From the NCBI GenBank assembly GCA_964016885.1, contig OZ024743.1, positions 334,366,001 through 334,430,000 of the forward strand: a DNA stretch of 64,000 nucleotides. Reading direction: 5' to 3'. This DNA comes from Eledone cirrhosa (Eukaryota). The first letter of the stretch is position 1, and each line of letters opens with the position of its first letter. A program made the translations under genes and the position numbers. Under the pieces are notes generated by a model. That model made no database searches. It was not told the DNA's origin and saw only the letters and a program-made list of their open reading frames with translations. This document shows positions 45,478 to 60,254 of the stretch, one piece after another.

Positions 45478-46330
45478 GGTGGTGGATTCAGTATCGGTAG
45501 AGGGTCCGTCGCCATGTTTTGCAGCAAGGAGTTACGGCCGTTTATGGTCTGAGTTCAAATCCCGCCAAGGTTAACTTTACCTTTCATCATTACGGGGTCG
45601 ATAAAATAAAGTACCAGTAATGTACTGGTAATTGCTGGTCTTGTGTAGAAACAATCATTAAACATATTAGCTTATTAAGTGTATGCAACAGATATCTAAG
45701 GTTGACCAACTGAGAGTAAAAGACTCCTCCCCTAGATAGTTCACCAGTCCATAGCTGGTACTCATTTTCAGCTGAGTATACTGGAGCTGAAGAGTACAAC
45801 CCAGCCCAGGAATGGTACCGAATGCCAGCAACTTGGGGAGAGGGGAAACTTTATTTTATCGACCCCGTGAGGATGAAAGGCAAAGCTAACCTCGACAGGC
45901 TTTGAACTCAGAACGCAAAGGGACGTAACTCTACGCCTGGAACCATGGTGTCCAACGCTCTACCGATACTACCAATCAATCGCCCTCAACATAATTAAAT
46001 GATATAATATAATATAATATAATATAATATAATATAATATAATATAATATAATATAATATAATATAATATAATTGTTTCTACTTTAGGCACAAGGCCAGT
46101 ATTAACCCAGTGCATTACTGGTACTTTATTTTATCGACCCCGTAAGGATGAAAGGCAAAGTCAACCTCGGCGGGATTTGAACTCAGATCGTAAAGGGCCG
46201 TAACTATGGTGGAAAGCATGGCGTCTGACCCTCTACCGATACTGCCAATCCACCAATTATAATATAATATAATTGTTTCTACTTTAGGCACAAGGCTAGC
46301 AATTACCCAGTGCATTACTGGTACTTTATA
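45478..46330. mobile_element. SINE cluster (45478-45655 +; 45825-45990, 46070-46255, 46268-46330 -) with (ATATA)n at 46003-46072
   Basis: Repeated MetaSINE/MESC-like core in both orientations. Confidence 0.8.
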
Positions 46331-46481
46331 TAATACTAGCAGAATGGCCCGGCATTGCTCGGGATTTGCTCTAGGGTTCTTATATATTTGATATATATTT
46401 ACCCCTATCGAGCCTCGTGAAATAAATACGTTTGTTTATATTTTGTTATTGTGTATGCAAAAATATCTGTACACGAATATA

Positions 46482-46526
<45 letters not shown>

Positions 46527-46659
46527 TTATTAAAATAACATTTTAATAAATAATATTTTAATAAATATTTGCTCTACGGTTCTTATATATTTGATATATA
46601 TTTATCCTTATCGAGCTCTCTTTGGATTTTAGTCTTCAAATTATTATTATTACTATATA

Positions 46660-46737
<78 letters not shown>

Positions 46738-46877
46738 CAGTACGGAATACCACGGCCTCGGGGTGGTGTCTACATTTTGTGCTTATAAGAAAAATTCGTC
46801 ACAGATTATCAAGTTTTTTTTCCGTGCGAAGAATATCAATACTTTATCGCGAAATAAATACTTTTGTTTATATTTTG

Positions 46878-47175
46878 AAGATCTGAACACAGCAGATATT
46901 TTTCCAGAGAAGGATAGTAAGTGGGAAACAGATACAGAGGAAGAGAGTATGATAGGGTATAATCCCATAACTTCCGATGGAGTCGCAGTGCCATACACCA
47001 TTTTTTAGTCATTTTAAACCTGGCGGAGCCCATCTCCTCACCAGGTCTGAACACTGCAGATCTTTTTCCCAGAGCAGGATAGAAAGTGAGAAAGAGATAT
47101 AGAGTAAGAATCGATTCCAGTATTAGATTGGTACTTTTTTTTATCGACATCGAATGGATGAATGGCAAAGTTGCC
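46878..47175 (-). mobile_element. Long composite SINE fragments next to the TM1 exon donor
   Basis: aaacctggcggagcccatctcc..ggtctgaacactgcaga module and atcgac..ggatgaatggcaaagtt core. Confidence 0.75.
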
Positions 47176-47202
47176 AGTAAAATAGTATAAAGAAGAGCTC
47201 AC

Positions 47203-47401
47203 CTTTCCAGTTCTTTTGTCTCTTGTCCTCCATATTATTACTATAATGTTTCCAAAAGATGCAGTTAATCCCAATATCCAGATGCTGACACGTAGGACAT
47301 AATTTGACATAAGATCTTCGCAGGACGAGAATTCATCAGGTTTCGGGTTACAGTCAGCGACTCCTTTTGCAAGGCAGCAGAACCGATATTCATCTGTGTA
47401 A
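47203..47401 (-). CDS. GRL101/RXFP-like (LGR type C) GPCR, hinge + TM1 exon
   Basis: ctctttcag|T TAC..AAG|gtgagc, 199 nt. YTDEYRFCCLAKGVADCNPKPDEFSSCEDLMSNYVLRVSIWILGLTASFGNIIVIIWRTRDKRTGK contains the FCC..C.P..DEFSSCEDLM hinge and a TM1 GN motif. Confidence 0.95.
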
Positions 47402-47648
47402 CTGAAAGAGATAAACGACACTACAATCAAAAGAACCGCATATATGCATGGTTTGTCTCGCAACAGAAACACAAACACTCCATCTCAATTTTACTTTTGA
47501 AAATCATAAGAACTGTGAAACCGGTAAAGTAAATAAAATATTCTTAAAAGACTCGAGTTGCATTTTCAATTTCTTTCCCTTAAACTTTCACCCGTGTAGG
47601 ACATCTCGTTTTTTTCTTTTCGTTTTTTTTTTAAAAACATCAATTTCT

Positions 47649-47729
<81 letters not shown>

Positions 47730-47767
47730 ACACACACACACACACACACGCGCACACACACACACGC

Positions 47768-47853
<86 letters not shown>

Positions 47854-48019
47854 TTCAGAATAAATTAAGATTACATTTCGGAAAATTAAAATTTATTCTA
47901 TAATTATATTACTATTTTTGTAAACAATATGTTCAGTTAATTTTGTTAAACAGCATTCGGTAATCAGAAGAAGGGTGGTAGGTGTAAAAGTTAAACTTGC
48001 TATCCTTAATTCGGTATTC

Positions 48020-48430
48020 GCTTGACCCAAAGAATACGATCGTGAATACAATCGGTCGAAATGGGGTTCGTCCGAAGGGTCTCAAAAGTAACGTTACTCA
48101 AATGAGTGTGTAACTCAGAGATCAGAGATTCTCTCAAAGTAGTACCGCTACTTCTCTGAATTGAGAGGTCACAGCTCCGATACAATGTCTCAGGAAAAAA
48201 AATCGTTGGACAGATTTTACGGGCAAAACCCACTGACAGGAGACCCAGGGGTAGACCCCGAACAAGATGGTTGGATAACACCTATGAGCTTGGCTGATCT
48301 CGCTTGGGGATCCAGCTGGATCAGTTGGAAGGAGTATTTGAGGATTTTACCTCCAGGACCCTTTCAGGAAGAAGAAGAAGAAGAAGAAGAAAAGAAAAAG
48401 AAGAAAAAGAAGAAAAAGAAGAAGAAGAAG
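48020..48430 (+). mobile_element. RTE-type LINE 3' fragment with (GAA)n tail
   Basis: Homologous to 9000-9395 and 54750-54985. Confidence 0.8.
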
Positions 48431-49255
48431 AGCAGGAAAAAGGAGACGAAGAGCATTTGTTGTTGTTTTCACCGTATGCATATTGGGGTGGACACCCCTC
48501 ATCATATCTGATTTTTTTGCCTAGCAGAATTTGCCTCAATTAATTATCATTCACTGACATTCTATTGTTGGGTGGAAATAAAAGATTACTTCACTTCATA
48601 AAAATAACGATTCAATGAATTAATGGACGAAATATAAGGATATACTGTATATAACAAAACCGAGACACTTTAAAAAGCTTTACAATCTAAAAAGATTAAA
48701 GACAAGACAAACATTATATAGCATTTATGTCGAGTGCATTTCAGTTGGTGGTTAAACTTGGAAAATAACAGGTACGAGGTGGGAAAATGTCAAAGTGATT
48801 CTCCCATTAATGAAAATTTATTAAATGAAAGAATATTACATATGTAACCATTAACTCTTCTTCTCTCTCTCTTTCACACACCCACACACATACATACACA
48901 CACACACATACATACACACACACACATACACACACAAAGATACACACACACACATACATACGCATACATACACACAAACACGCACACACACACACACATA
49001 AATCCAGGGCGCTGCAAAATTAGGTATACAGTAATGAAACCAAAAACAAACGAATTCTGGTATTAAATGAATTCTAGCAGTACTATTATATTACTGGTAT
49101 AATCCATACTGTATACCTACATTTGCAGCCTCCTTTATATATATATATCTTCTTCTTCGTCTCCTACATATTCCTGAGAGTGTCATGGGGGCAGGGTCCC
49201 CAAACACTCCTTCCAGCGGCTCCTGTTTCATACGTAGGAAATCATCAAGAAAATA

Positions 49256-49365
<110 letters not shown>

Positions 49366-49374
49366 GTATATATG

Positions 49375-49433
49375 GGCTTTCCTGATGATTTCCTTCGAAT
49401 GAAACATTTAACATTTTTAGTCCTGTAGAAGCC
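49375..49433 (+). ncRNA. Hammerhead-like motif
   Basis: GGCUUUC-CUGAUGA-UUUCCUUCGAAU-GAAA-CA..UG-UA-GAAGCC. Stems II and III are weak. Inverted partial copy at 49222-49260 across the (TA)n. Confidence 0.55.
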
Positions 49434-49535
49434 AGTTCTATGTTAAATCGTATGTACACTCTACTATGTATTGAGTACCTTATTTACTGTTGTTACCCTC
49501 GATTGATCCGGGACTCTCTCTCCCCTCGGCCACCC

Positions 49536-49583
<48 letters not shown>

Positions 49584-51899
49584 ATAGCTGTATTATTTCT
49601 GATATTTACATACAATTTGTTTGCTAAGTTTGGACAAATGCATAAACGTTAAGAAGCAAAAATATTAACTCGTATTAAATAATCGATTTATGCAATAAAT
49701 GTATATTTATATCATGCTTATACATACACACATCAGTTATAGATAGAAATAATCGAACTCTTCAATTGCTTTTCTTTTGCTGAGATACATGCAGACTGTT
49801 TAATATTAAATCCGTTGTCACTTCTCTTTTGATGACACCAACGTAATTGAGAATATAAGATTTTTCTTCATGGCGTTAAGGTTGTGGTAATACTATTGAT
49901 AATGGCATTTTTCTTTTATAGATTTGGTATTAGCTGCAACAAACATCCACCACAGAGTATATGCCGTTGATACTTGTCATGTCACATAGTCTAAGGTGAA
50001 TAGGCACCTTCTTAGTTGAAAGAAGAGTAGATGAGCCAACGAACCCTCTACACGATTGCTTGATCTGTCAGAAAGAGCAGCCAAATCCACCCAACTATGG
50101 GCTAAATAGCCTCACCAACCATCAATTGACCAAGCGTGGTGAATGCAGCTACACTCCTGACATGACCAAAACTAAACAGAAAGCAATGGAGGTCAATGAG
50201 AGAGGTGTTCCCCCAAAAGGTGTGAGAAGATCCTGGATTGGATTGGATATTACAAGAAGTGAGGCAATGGATCATGTAGTTTTAGAGCTATGCTTGAATA
50301 ACATTACAGGATAGTCTTCTTCCTCTTCTTCTTCTTCTTCTTGGCAGAGTTGTTCTGTTAGAGAAGAGGTCGCAGGTCGCGGCTAGCGATACGGCCACCA
50401 GATATGATGGTTAGTTGCGACATAAGCGGGCAGCTGCCGGACGTATAAGCCACCCCCGAACCAACAGCGGTAAACTAGGGGAGATGGAGCAATGGTTGAC
50501 ACCTCTAGTAATAGTCACGGTTTGAGTTCTATCAAGTCTTCTCTTGTTGAATGTATCAGCCAGGCTAATACATTCAATACACCCCGCTCCCGAAAAAACA
50601 AAAACAACAAAACAATTGACATAATTAAAATATTGCTTAATTAGAAAATTAATGAATTAATGAATTAAATGTTATAAATATCCGAAGAGGATAAAATATA
50701 ATACTTTTAATGTTCGTAAGTTAATTATGTATGGTAAGGTTGGGCTGAAGGTATAGGACCTATCACTCTTTCCTCTTCCCCTCTCTTTCTTCCATGGCCT
50801 CTCTTTCTTCCTCTCATTTATAGTTCTTTCCTCTACTTTCCTTTACTGTACAGACATCCTGCCCTTCTTTACCCATTCCCCACTCTATTCATTACTTAAT
50901 TTTGCTTTTATATTTTATTTGTCTCATAACTGTATAACTTCTTTTTGTAAAATATAGTTGACATAATTTGTATTGTATAATTGATTAAATAAAAAATTCG
51001 TTTATAATTATTTTGAACTACGATAATTTAGGTTAAAGTTCACGTAAATTTGAGCAAATTTGGAGAAATATTAGAAATTGTTACCCAAGAGAATAACTTG
51101 TATACATCTAATGCAACGTTACATTCTAAGTTAAGAAATAAAATACAACGTTTTTAATATAAAACAATGACAGACTGGGGTATAGAGTTTGTTGCTATCT
51201 TCGCCTCCTCCCTTCGGTGTTTAATTTCTTCTTTCATTTTTTTTCTTTATCTTTTCTTCTATTCTTTATTTCCTTATTGTTTTATCTAAATATTTCTGTT
51301 AATAAAGTTTCAATTTAATAATAACGAAATAAAAACAAAAATTCTAAAATATCTTCGAATCACTGAAATAGTTTTCAGAAACTTCCATTTGGATTAATAT
51401 AGGAAAATGAAGACATGACGAGCATGACCAATATGAAATGATAATTGTTAAATTAAAATCAATACATATTTTTGAGAAATATTTGAATAATTACCCGAAA
51501 TATAAATAACAAGAAAATCAATGATAAATAAATAAATATGTGAAATTCAGAAATGGTTAAGATAGAATAGGTATCAAAATCCCAGACCTCATTTGCTTGC
51601 CAATTGGGGTGGAACTCGTCAAATTAGACCAAGGAAACAATATCTCTATTTTTTCTTTCCCTTCATGATACTATCTACCGGTCGCAGAAAGAGCAACGTG
51701 AAATAAAGTGACTTGCTCAAGGACATAATAAACAGCCCGATTTGGGAGACAAACTGGCCACCTCACTATTGCGATTCTAATTTTCTAACCTCTAAGCCAC
51801 GCGCCTTCACTAATAAATAGAATAAATGTATAAGATCAATTAGTTATCCAGTCAGGAGGGTTCAGTCAAGTTATTGTTGAATACATGCATGGTCCCGTA

Positions 51900-54345
51900 A
51901 CAACTGAGGGAGTCGTAGGGGCACCATATTGTCATACGGCATTTCTAAGACAATGACAATCATAAACCTGGCGGAGCCCATCTCCTCTTCAGGTCTAAAT
52001 ACAGCAGATTTCTTCCAGAGAAGGACAGAGGGTGAGAGAATGGAAGTAAGAAAGAGATATATCAGAGCTAGACTGTTACTTTTTTTTATCGACCTTGGAT
52101 GGATGAAAGGAAAAGTTGACCTCGGCGGGATTTGAACTCAGAGAGCAGAGAGCCGAAAAGAATACCTTAAAGCATTCTATCCGATGTTCTAACTACTTTG
52201 CCACTTCACCGTCTATTTTGTTGAATGATCCGATATAAATTAATAGAACATTGAACAGAAAAATAACAAAATATATAATTGTTTCTACTTTTGGCACAAG
52301 GCCAGCAATTCACCAGTGCATTATTGGTATTTTATTTTATCGACCCCGTAAGGTCGAAAGGAAAAGTTAACCTCAGCGGGATTTTAACTCAGAATGGCAA
52401 GGACCATAACTCTATGCGTCAAAGCATGGCGTCCGACTCTACCGATACTGCCAATCCATATATAATGGGCAAGGTATAGCTGTTATGAAATTCAAATATC
52501 AACCCGTATTGTGTAAATGATGCAAGTACAGTAAAATGCATTGATGACGGTCCAAATCAATATAGTTTCTCTATCAAGGTAGTAGACACACAGTGTTAAA
52601 TGAGTAAAGATAGAATTAGGCAATTTATGTAGACACAAGGTGGCAAATCAGTGTCGTTAGAACTTCGGATAGAAAACTTTGCGGTATTCGTACTGGTTAT
52701 CTGAGTTCAAATCCTGCTAAGGTCATCTTTGCCCTTCATCCTTCAGCGGTTGATAAAAATGTACCAGTCCTGTACTGGTGTCGATTTTTCATCTATATCT
52801 CCGTCCCACCTCCCATTTCTCTCTTTATCCATTACTGGAAAAAAATCTGCTGTGTTCAGACATGGAGAGGGATGGGCTCCACCAGGTTTTAGAATTGCCC
52901 TCCCAAAGCCCTATGTCGCTACTCTGTCTCTACGAACCTATCAGGAGTTACGGATCTATCAGGAGTTACACATGGAAATATGCTTAATTAAATTAAAATT
53001 TAAATAAAATTTTGAGCAAGTTATGAAATGATTTGGACTATGGAAACCACAAATCAGAATCTCTCCTCATAATCCAATTTATGCTTTTGCGGTCTTGTCC
53101 GCGTGACGCAGCCCCAACACTGCCGCTCCCTAGGCCTAGAGTCCATCAGCCCCTCTTCCTTCTCCCATTCTTCTGTGACCTTAGAGCCCTTGCCCTTCCC
53201 TTAATTTTCAGTGTTTAAATATCTGTAGTGTTGTTATTTGAAATAGATTTGTTTACAATTTCTTTTTTATATTTATTAATATAACATATTTAGCTGATTT
53301 ATATTTAATGATAAATTAGCTGACATAATATCGTACATTTGGATAGATGTCTGGGTGATTTCAGAAAAAATGGAAGAAAAAAATACCTAGCTGGTATGTT
53401 TTAAATGCGTAGCAAAAACAAAACAAAAAAAATTACTTGATAGTGATAGTCATGGTTCGAAAGCTTTTATTATGTCAAATGTTTTCGAGGGCGATGGATT
53501 GGCAGTATCGGTAGAGGGTCGGACGCCATGCTTTGCAGCATAGAGTTACGGCTCTTTATGATCTGAGCTCAAATCCCGCCGAGGTTAACTTTGCCTTTCA
53601 TCCTTACGGGGTCGATAAAATAAAGTACCAGTCATGCACTGGGGTGGATTTAATCGACTTTCACCTTCCCCCAAATTACTGGCCTTGTACCTATATAAGA
53701 AACCATTATGTCAAGTGTTTTCTTGTTGAGTGTATTAGTCAGGCTAATGCATTCAAACAAAACCAAAAATATTGCTTAATTAGGGAATTCATAAATTAAT
53801 CAATTAAAATTTATAAATATCCGAAGAGAATAAAATATATTGTTCTAACGTTGATAAAGAAATTATGTAAGGTTTATGTTGGCTGAGAATATTGTTTAAT
53901 GTTCGAAATACGATGATTTAGGTTAAAGTTGATGTAAATTGGAAGAAATATTATAAATTGTTATTCAAGAGAATAAATCATATGTAGCAAAAATAAAAAA
54001 GAAGGATTAAGCAACACTTGCTTTGGTGAACTATCACCATGTCGGGCAGTTGCAGGTCCAGCGGAACCCCTATAGACCAATTTACTTTGGAATTTAAGTA
54101 CATTGCATTATGTATTATGCTTTCATGGCGGTGGATTGGCAGTATCGGTAGAGGGTCGGACGCCATGCTTTGCAGCATAGAGTTACGGTCCTTTATGATC
54201 TGAGTTCAAATCCACCGAGGTTCACTTTTCCTTTCATCCTTACAGGGTCGATAAAATAAAGTACCAGTCATGCACTGGAGTCGATTTAATCGACTTTCCC
54301 CTCCTCCAAAATTGCTGGCCTTGTACCTATATAAGAAACCATTAT
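51900..54345. mobile_element. Dispersed SINE copies (51900-52215 -, 52277-52460 -, 52640-52970 +, 53488-53710 +, 54127-54345 +)
   Basis: Conserved head/B-box, MetaSINE/MESC-like core and tail. The 51900 and 52640 copies are the long form. Confidence 0.8.
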
Positions 54346-54445
54346 GTATTTTCACGTTTTCATGTCAATGAACTAAGCAATACCTTGAACTATTACATTG
54401 AGCTTGTCAGTGAGGTTTCATTAAAATCAGTATTAGTTTACTCAC

Positions 54446-54517
54446 AGTGTCTGTAAATTAGATAATCCATTGAAAACATTCTCTCCAATTGTGATCAGCT
54501 TATTATTCGATATATCT
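54446..54517 (-). CDS. GRL101/RXFP-like GPCR, LRR exon
   Basis: ttattacag|72 nt|gtgagt. DISNNKLITIGENVFNGLSNLQTL; phase 2-2. Confidence 0.93.
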
Positions 54518-54749
54518 CTGTAATAAAGAAAACATATTTTAAGCAACCAACAGATCAATGTGAAACTTAAAACGTTTAGTATCAATTTCTAACATAAACG
54601 GTAACATATTGTAGTTGTTTCAATCAACTTCAGTATTTTATATTTATTTACCTTTTAGATACCGTATGAAGGATTAAAATCAAAGTAAACCTTGGCGGCA
54701 ATTGAAATTCTAGGCGTAAAATAGATTTATATTATTAGCACATCTTCAA

Positions 54750-54985
54750 TTCGATATTCGTGCCAACCCTTACCTATGGTCAAGAACCTTGGGTAATGAC
54801 CGAAAGAATACGATCGCGAATACAAGCAGCCGAAATGGGATTCCTCCGAAGGGTCTTTGGAGTAACGTTACTCGATAGAGAGCGTAGCTCGGAGATCAGA
54901 GTATCACGTCAGGTAGAGCCGCTACTTCTCCAAATTGAGAGATCACAGCTCCCGTATTACGGACATGTGGTTAGAATGTCTCAGA
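54750..54985 (+). mobile_element. RTE-type LINE fragment
   Basis: PTLTYGQEPWVMTERIRSRIQAAEMGFLRRVFGVTLLDR..IERSQL.YYGHVVRM. Confidence 0.85.
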
Positions 54986-56137
54986 ACAATAAGGTCCCGG
55001 TAATTTGGGTCTTGTTACCTAATATTTTTATGATATTTTGTTTATTTACTAAGTTTAGTTTATACACATTTTGAGGTCATATACAGGAGTTTAGATTACT
55101 GTCTAGCATAGATAATTTTCCTCGAGTATAGGATATGCCTATAAGAAACGCAACCTTCGACCTCCAGGACACATAGTGGATTTTCGAGACTTATTTTAAG
55201 GAAAAAAACAGCGTCTTCGACGTCGGGAAATACGGTAATTCAAAATTATTCCATTAGAGATCTAGAAGTCCTTAATGCATCGAATCAACGGAATCAGATT
55301 GAATGTATTGCCTTATTCTTTCTAGTTGTTTCCAAACTGTGTTCAAATTCCGCTAAAGTTAACTCTGCCTTTCATAATTTCGGAGTCGACAAATACGAAT
55401 GATACAGGACAACCTTATCACATTGTATTACACTGATACGGTTTAAGAATTGCGTTAAGATTAAATGTGTTTGTGAAATGCAATTCTGTTTTCACGGGAA
55501 TTTCACGAGTAAGAATTTATTTGGTTGGACAACCGAATCGTCAAGACTGTGGTAAAATCCATTTATATATATATATGAGAACAAAACTTTTATTAACTTG
55601 TATAGTATCTTCTAAAATGGTTTCTGTACAGCGGAAATGTAGTTTAAAAGATATATGATTAAGCTTTGGAACTAAATTAGTGACAAGACGTGCGTAAAGA
55701 CGAGGAGCTTTGATGGTTGAATACAAGTCAGCAATATATTACACTGTTAATAACATCGGCTCAATAGAAATGAAAGGCGAAGTCGATACCGGTAGAATAA
55801 TACATTGAATGCCGTAAAGCATTTGTCCAGTATTGCAATATTATTATTATTCTGTTACTGCCATTGCACAATCTTCACTGATGATAAATATCAAGTATTC
55901 ATCATCTCTGAGATTCTTTTGATCTCTATATACTGGGTCGAATAGAAAACCTGAATGTAATTTCTTCTATGTATCAAGTTAGTTATACTCCCGTTCATTA
56001 AATTTCCACACAGACACGCATGCAAACGCCCCCCCCCCACACACACACGTACACACTCACACACACACACATATATATAAATATATATATAAATATATCT
56101 ATCTATATCTATACGTATAACTATACATATATATGAA

Positions 56138-56516
56138 AGCAGTGAATTGGCAGAGTCGTTAGAACGTCGAATAGAATGCTTTGCCGTATTCGTTTCGGCT
56201 TTCTGCTTTATGAGTTCAAATCCCAATGAGGCCAACTTTGCCTTCATCCATTCAAGGTCGATACATAAAGAACCAGTCTAGTACTGGAGGCCGATTCTTC
56301 CTCTATATTTCTGTCTCAGTTCAATTCTCTCACTCTCTATCCTACGTTGGAAGAAATCTGTTGCATTCAGTCCTGGAGAGGGATGGGCTCCGCCAGGCTT
56401 AAAATGCCCTGAAACACGGTATGCAATTACGGCACCACTACGACTCCATCAGGTAATACGGGACCATACCATATATATATATATATACACAGAGGCATGT
56501 ATGAACCCCCCCCCCC

Positions 56517-56566
<50 letters not shown>

Positions 56567-56581
56567 GCATGAATGCACCCC

Positions 56582-56638
<57 letters not shown>

Positions 56639-57467
56639 CCCCTCTATCAAAGTCAATTAAATCCAAATTATTATTTACCTCACATGTTTTATTCCAGTGG
56701 GAGAAGTCAGCAAAGTTATAAGTAATAATTGTTTCTACTTTTGGCACAAGGCTAGCAATTATCCCAGTGTATTACTGGTACTTTATTTTATCGACCTCGT
56801 AAGGATGAAAGGCAAAGTTAACCTCGGCGGATTTGAATTCAGAACGCAAAGGGCCATAACTATGCTGCAAAACATGGTGTCTGACGCTCTACCGATACTG
56901 CCAAACCACCGCCCTTTATAAGTTATAAGTAATTGTTTATACTTTTGGCACAAAGCCAGCAATTTACCAGTGTATTACTGGTACCTTATTTTATCGACCC
57001 CGTAAGGATGAAAGGCAAAGTTAACCTTGGCAGGATTTGAACTCAGAATGGCAAGAGCCGTAACTCAATGCGTCAAAGCATGGCGTCCGACCCTCTACCG
57101 ATAATGTTTAAATATAGCAGGGAAAACGTTAAAATTATGGAAACCTACAATAGTAATTACAATTTATAATGATAAAATAGTTATGTTCAGTAACTAAAGA
57201 TATTTCACTATCTATAATATATCTTTAGAAAGGATAACCTACATTAAAATAGAACTAGATTTATACTAATGGGAAATATCAAATAATTGTTTCTACTTTA
57301 GGCACAAGGCCAGCAATCACCCAGTGCATTACTGGTACTTTATTTTATCGACCCCGTAAGGATGAAAGGCAAAGTCAACCTCGGCGGGATTTGAACTCAG
57401 ATCGTAAAGTGACGTAACTATGCTGGAAAGCATGGCGTCCGACTCTCTACCGATACTGCCAATCCAA
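56138..57467. mobile_element. SINE copies (56138-56470 + long form; 56727-56915, 56930-57102, 57285-57467 - short form)
   Basis: Same conserved core and tail. Confidence 0.82.
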
Positions 57468-58164
57468 AATAAATGTTTGGAGATTTAAAAATTGACCAAA
57501 TTATATCAGTACAGAATAGATAATCTAAATAAAAATAGAGCTGGGAATATAACTTAGGCGCAGTTATAATTATATGGTAAATAGAAGAGCAAAAGCTAAA
57601 CTTAGTTTAACATAATAGTAGGGTATAAATACACATTTTCTAAGTGTCAATAAAAACTATTTAAATAAGTGTCTAATGGGTATAATTAATTTGGGTCAAA
57701 GTGTTTGTAAAAGAAAGAATATAATATTCTCTGTAGCTAGGAAGGGATTATTTCATTTTTCGAATTGAGAAAGATAATTTCTGATGTAATTATTTTTGAA
57801 GCTTCAGATAGACAGATTTCAGTTAGTTCTGCTCCTTCGATTCGATAAAGTTTTTTCTAGGATTAATATCTCACCTAAGAGAGTATCTTATGTTATTGTT
57901 TTTTAAATACCATAATAATTTAGCACAAGAAGAACTGTCCTCCTCCTCCTCCTCCTCCTCCTCCTCCTGCTCCTCCTCCTCTTCTTCAGCATTAACATAT
58001 ATTTCTCAACAATATATCACGATCGATGGAAATATCTGCTGATACCTCAACTAAGAGCCACATTATTGGAATGTTGACAATTACATTCTCTTTCATTTAC
58101 CAGCTCTATAGAAAATAGAGGGATGAACTATATTTGTTTTTGTAGTTCTTGAATATCTATTTTT

Positions 58165-58392
58165 TTGGCGCATGGGCTCGTGGGGGCAGTGTCCTCAAAC
58201 TCACCCTCCAGCAGGTCCTGTCAGAAGCAACGTCTTCTATTGATCCCCAAGAGAGACCAACCAAGCTCATGAATGTTATCCAACCATCTTGCTCAGGGCC
58301 TACCCCTGGGTCTCTTGCCGGCTGGTTTTGCGCGAAAATCTGTCCAGTGATACTTTCCTGAGGCATTCTAACCACATGCCCATAATATCGGG
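58165..58392 (-). mobile_element. RTE-type LINE 3' fragment
   Basis: Reverse complement of the 9100-9325 segment. Confidence 0.78.
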
Positions 58393-59212
58393 GCTTAATT
58401 CTTAAAAAATTCGAATAAAAACTAAAAAATACGAATAAAAACTAAAGACTGTAATTTGTAATGTGGACATAGAGCTGCTTCGTCCTTTTCAAGAATCTCT
58501 TGCAAATGCGGTTTCATGTGATACAGGACGTTAAGAGTTAAGCTGTTTATTGAAAACATAGATTCTCAAGACCTCTACCTTATTATTTGATAGAAAAGAT
58601 AATATGAAGTTTCTCCCTGTCTTTAATCTCTTTGTGCCGACAACAGAGTTAGAAAAATAAAAGTATTCCTTCCTTCATTATTTACAGGAATATGTGTATG
58701 TACATGCACTGCATAAGTGTGCATACAAATGCAACTGCATGTGCATAGGCAACTGAGAACACTGACCTATTAATATTCAGTACGTGTAGCTGATAGCTTC
58801 TCTCTATTGAGACATTTTTATTGAGTTTCGCAGTCAGCTGTATTGTATTATAAGTTGTTATTAAGCAAGCACTCATTCAATTAGCAGGTGTCTGAAATCT
58901 CTTGAAACATCATATATCTAATGCAGCATTTATAAAGAAATTCACTCATGAGAATTCATAAGCCGTTGAATAAAAATAATTATCTGCTTAATTGCGACAG
59001 TGTTATATTATCAAAGCCATTAGGATACGTTCCGACGATGACAGAGAGAAGAAAGTAATGCCAATGGAGAGTTGATAATACATAGACTAGAAAAAGAAGA
59101 GAAAAAAAAGATATTGAATAAAACAATAGTATACTCAAGGCATTATGTACTTTGAAACGGAACTGTAGCAAAACACTTCTCGAATTTTTCGAAAACAAGG
59201 GACACGGTTATA

Positions 59213-59261
<49 letters not shown>

Positions 59262-59407
59262 TTTTGAGTTTATGTTGGTTGTATACCAACACCTCAGTAT
59301 GCAGGCTGGAGCACTCGACGAAGTGCGCAGGTTGGTTTGGTTACTCCGGAGTAGTGTAAAATAAAGTTAAATAAAAGTCAAATGATTAAAATTTAGCTTC
59401 GTTTATT

Positions 59408-59462
59408 ACTGCTATATATATTTCAGTGACAGCCATCTTTGGCTGTGACCTCTTCAGGCAGT
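59408..59462 (-). ncRNA. Type I hammerhead ribozyme motif (host-gene sense strand)
   Basis: Reverse complement of 59675-59729. Confidence 0.85.
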
Positions 59463-59674
59463 TTGAATTAGTATGGTATAGACAAGTACATATGTTGTTT
59501 AGGTGTATGATATTGTCAATACTCTGATATGCCCAGTTCCTTGCTGGGTTGTTAATTCACTGACTCCAGTTCCCCAGTGAATTAACAACCCAGCAAGGAA
59601 CTGGGCATATCAGAGTATTGACAATATCATACACCTAAACAACATATGTACTTGTCTATACCATACTAATTCAA

Positions 59675-59729
59675 ACTGCCTGAAGAGGTCACAGCCAAAG
59701 ATGGCTGTCACTGAAATATATATAGCAGT
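59675..59729 (+). ncRNA. Type I hammerhead ribozyme motif
   Basis: ACUGC-CUGAAGA-GGUCACAGCCA-AAGA-UGGCUGUCACU-GAAA-UAUAUA-UA-GCAGU. Confidence 0.85.
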
Positions 59730-59773
59730 AATAAACGAAGCTAAATTTTAATCATTTGACTTTTATTTAACTT

Positions 59774-59855
<82 letters not shown>

Positions 59856-60057
59856 AATTAGTATATCTACCAACATATGTATACAGATGCATACCTGGAA
59901 GCTTAGCTGAGAATAGACTCCCTGATGACGTAAGGCTTCTCTGTGGATACGCTCCGTAACCATATTTATCCCCTTACAGAAACTAATTAGTTTGAGTGAA
60001 ATTTTAGTAAATAAGTCAATTTTCATAACTTTCTTATTTACATCTTTCATATATATT

Positions 60058-60241
<184 letters not shown>

Positions 60242-60254
60242 TGTATATATATAG

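Larger units (their letters stand above)
59259..59780. mobile_element. Perfect fold-back Penelope-type insertion: 206-bp arms (59357-59562 / 59575-59780), 12-nt loop, ~98-bp tail
   Basis: No mismatch seen between the arms by eye. (TA)n on both sides. Confidence 0.92.

Noticed and set aside
46335-46366. Helitron-like 5' end (actagcagaatggcccggcattgctcggg)
   Set aside because: Only ~30 bp, with no matching 3' hairpin or terminus found.
58515-58596. LRR-like peptide FLSNNKVEVLRIYVFNKQLNS on the minus strand
   Set aside because: No adjacent AG acceptor or GT donor, and an in-frame stop. The flanking real exons already join in frame.
59920-59985. Isolated CTGATGA boxes (also near 9546 and 14537)
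   Set aside because: No correctly placed GAAA, stem III and stem I partner, so they were not counted as ribozymes.
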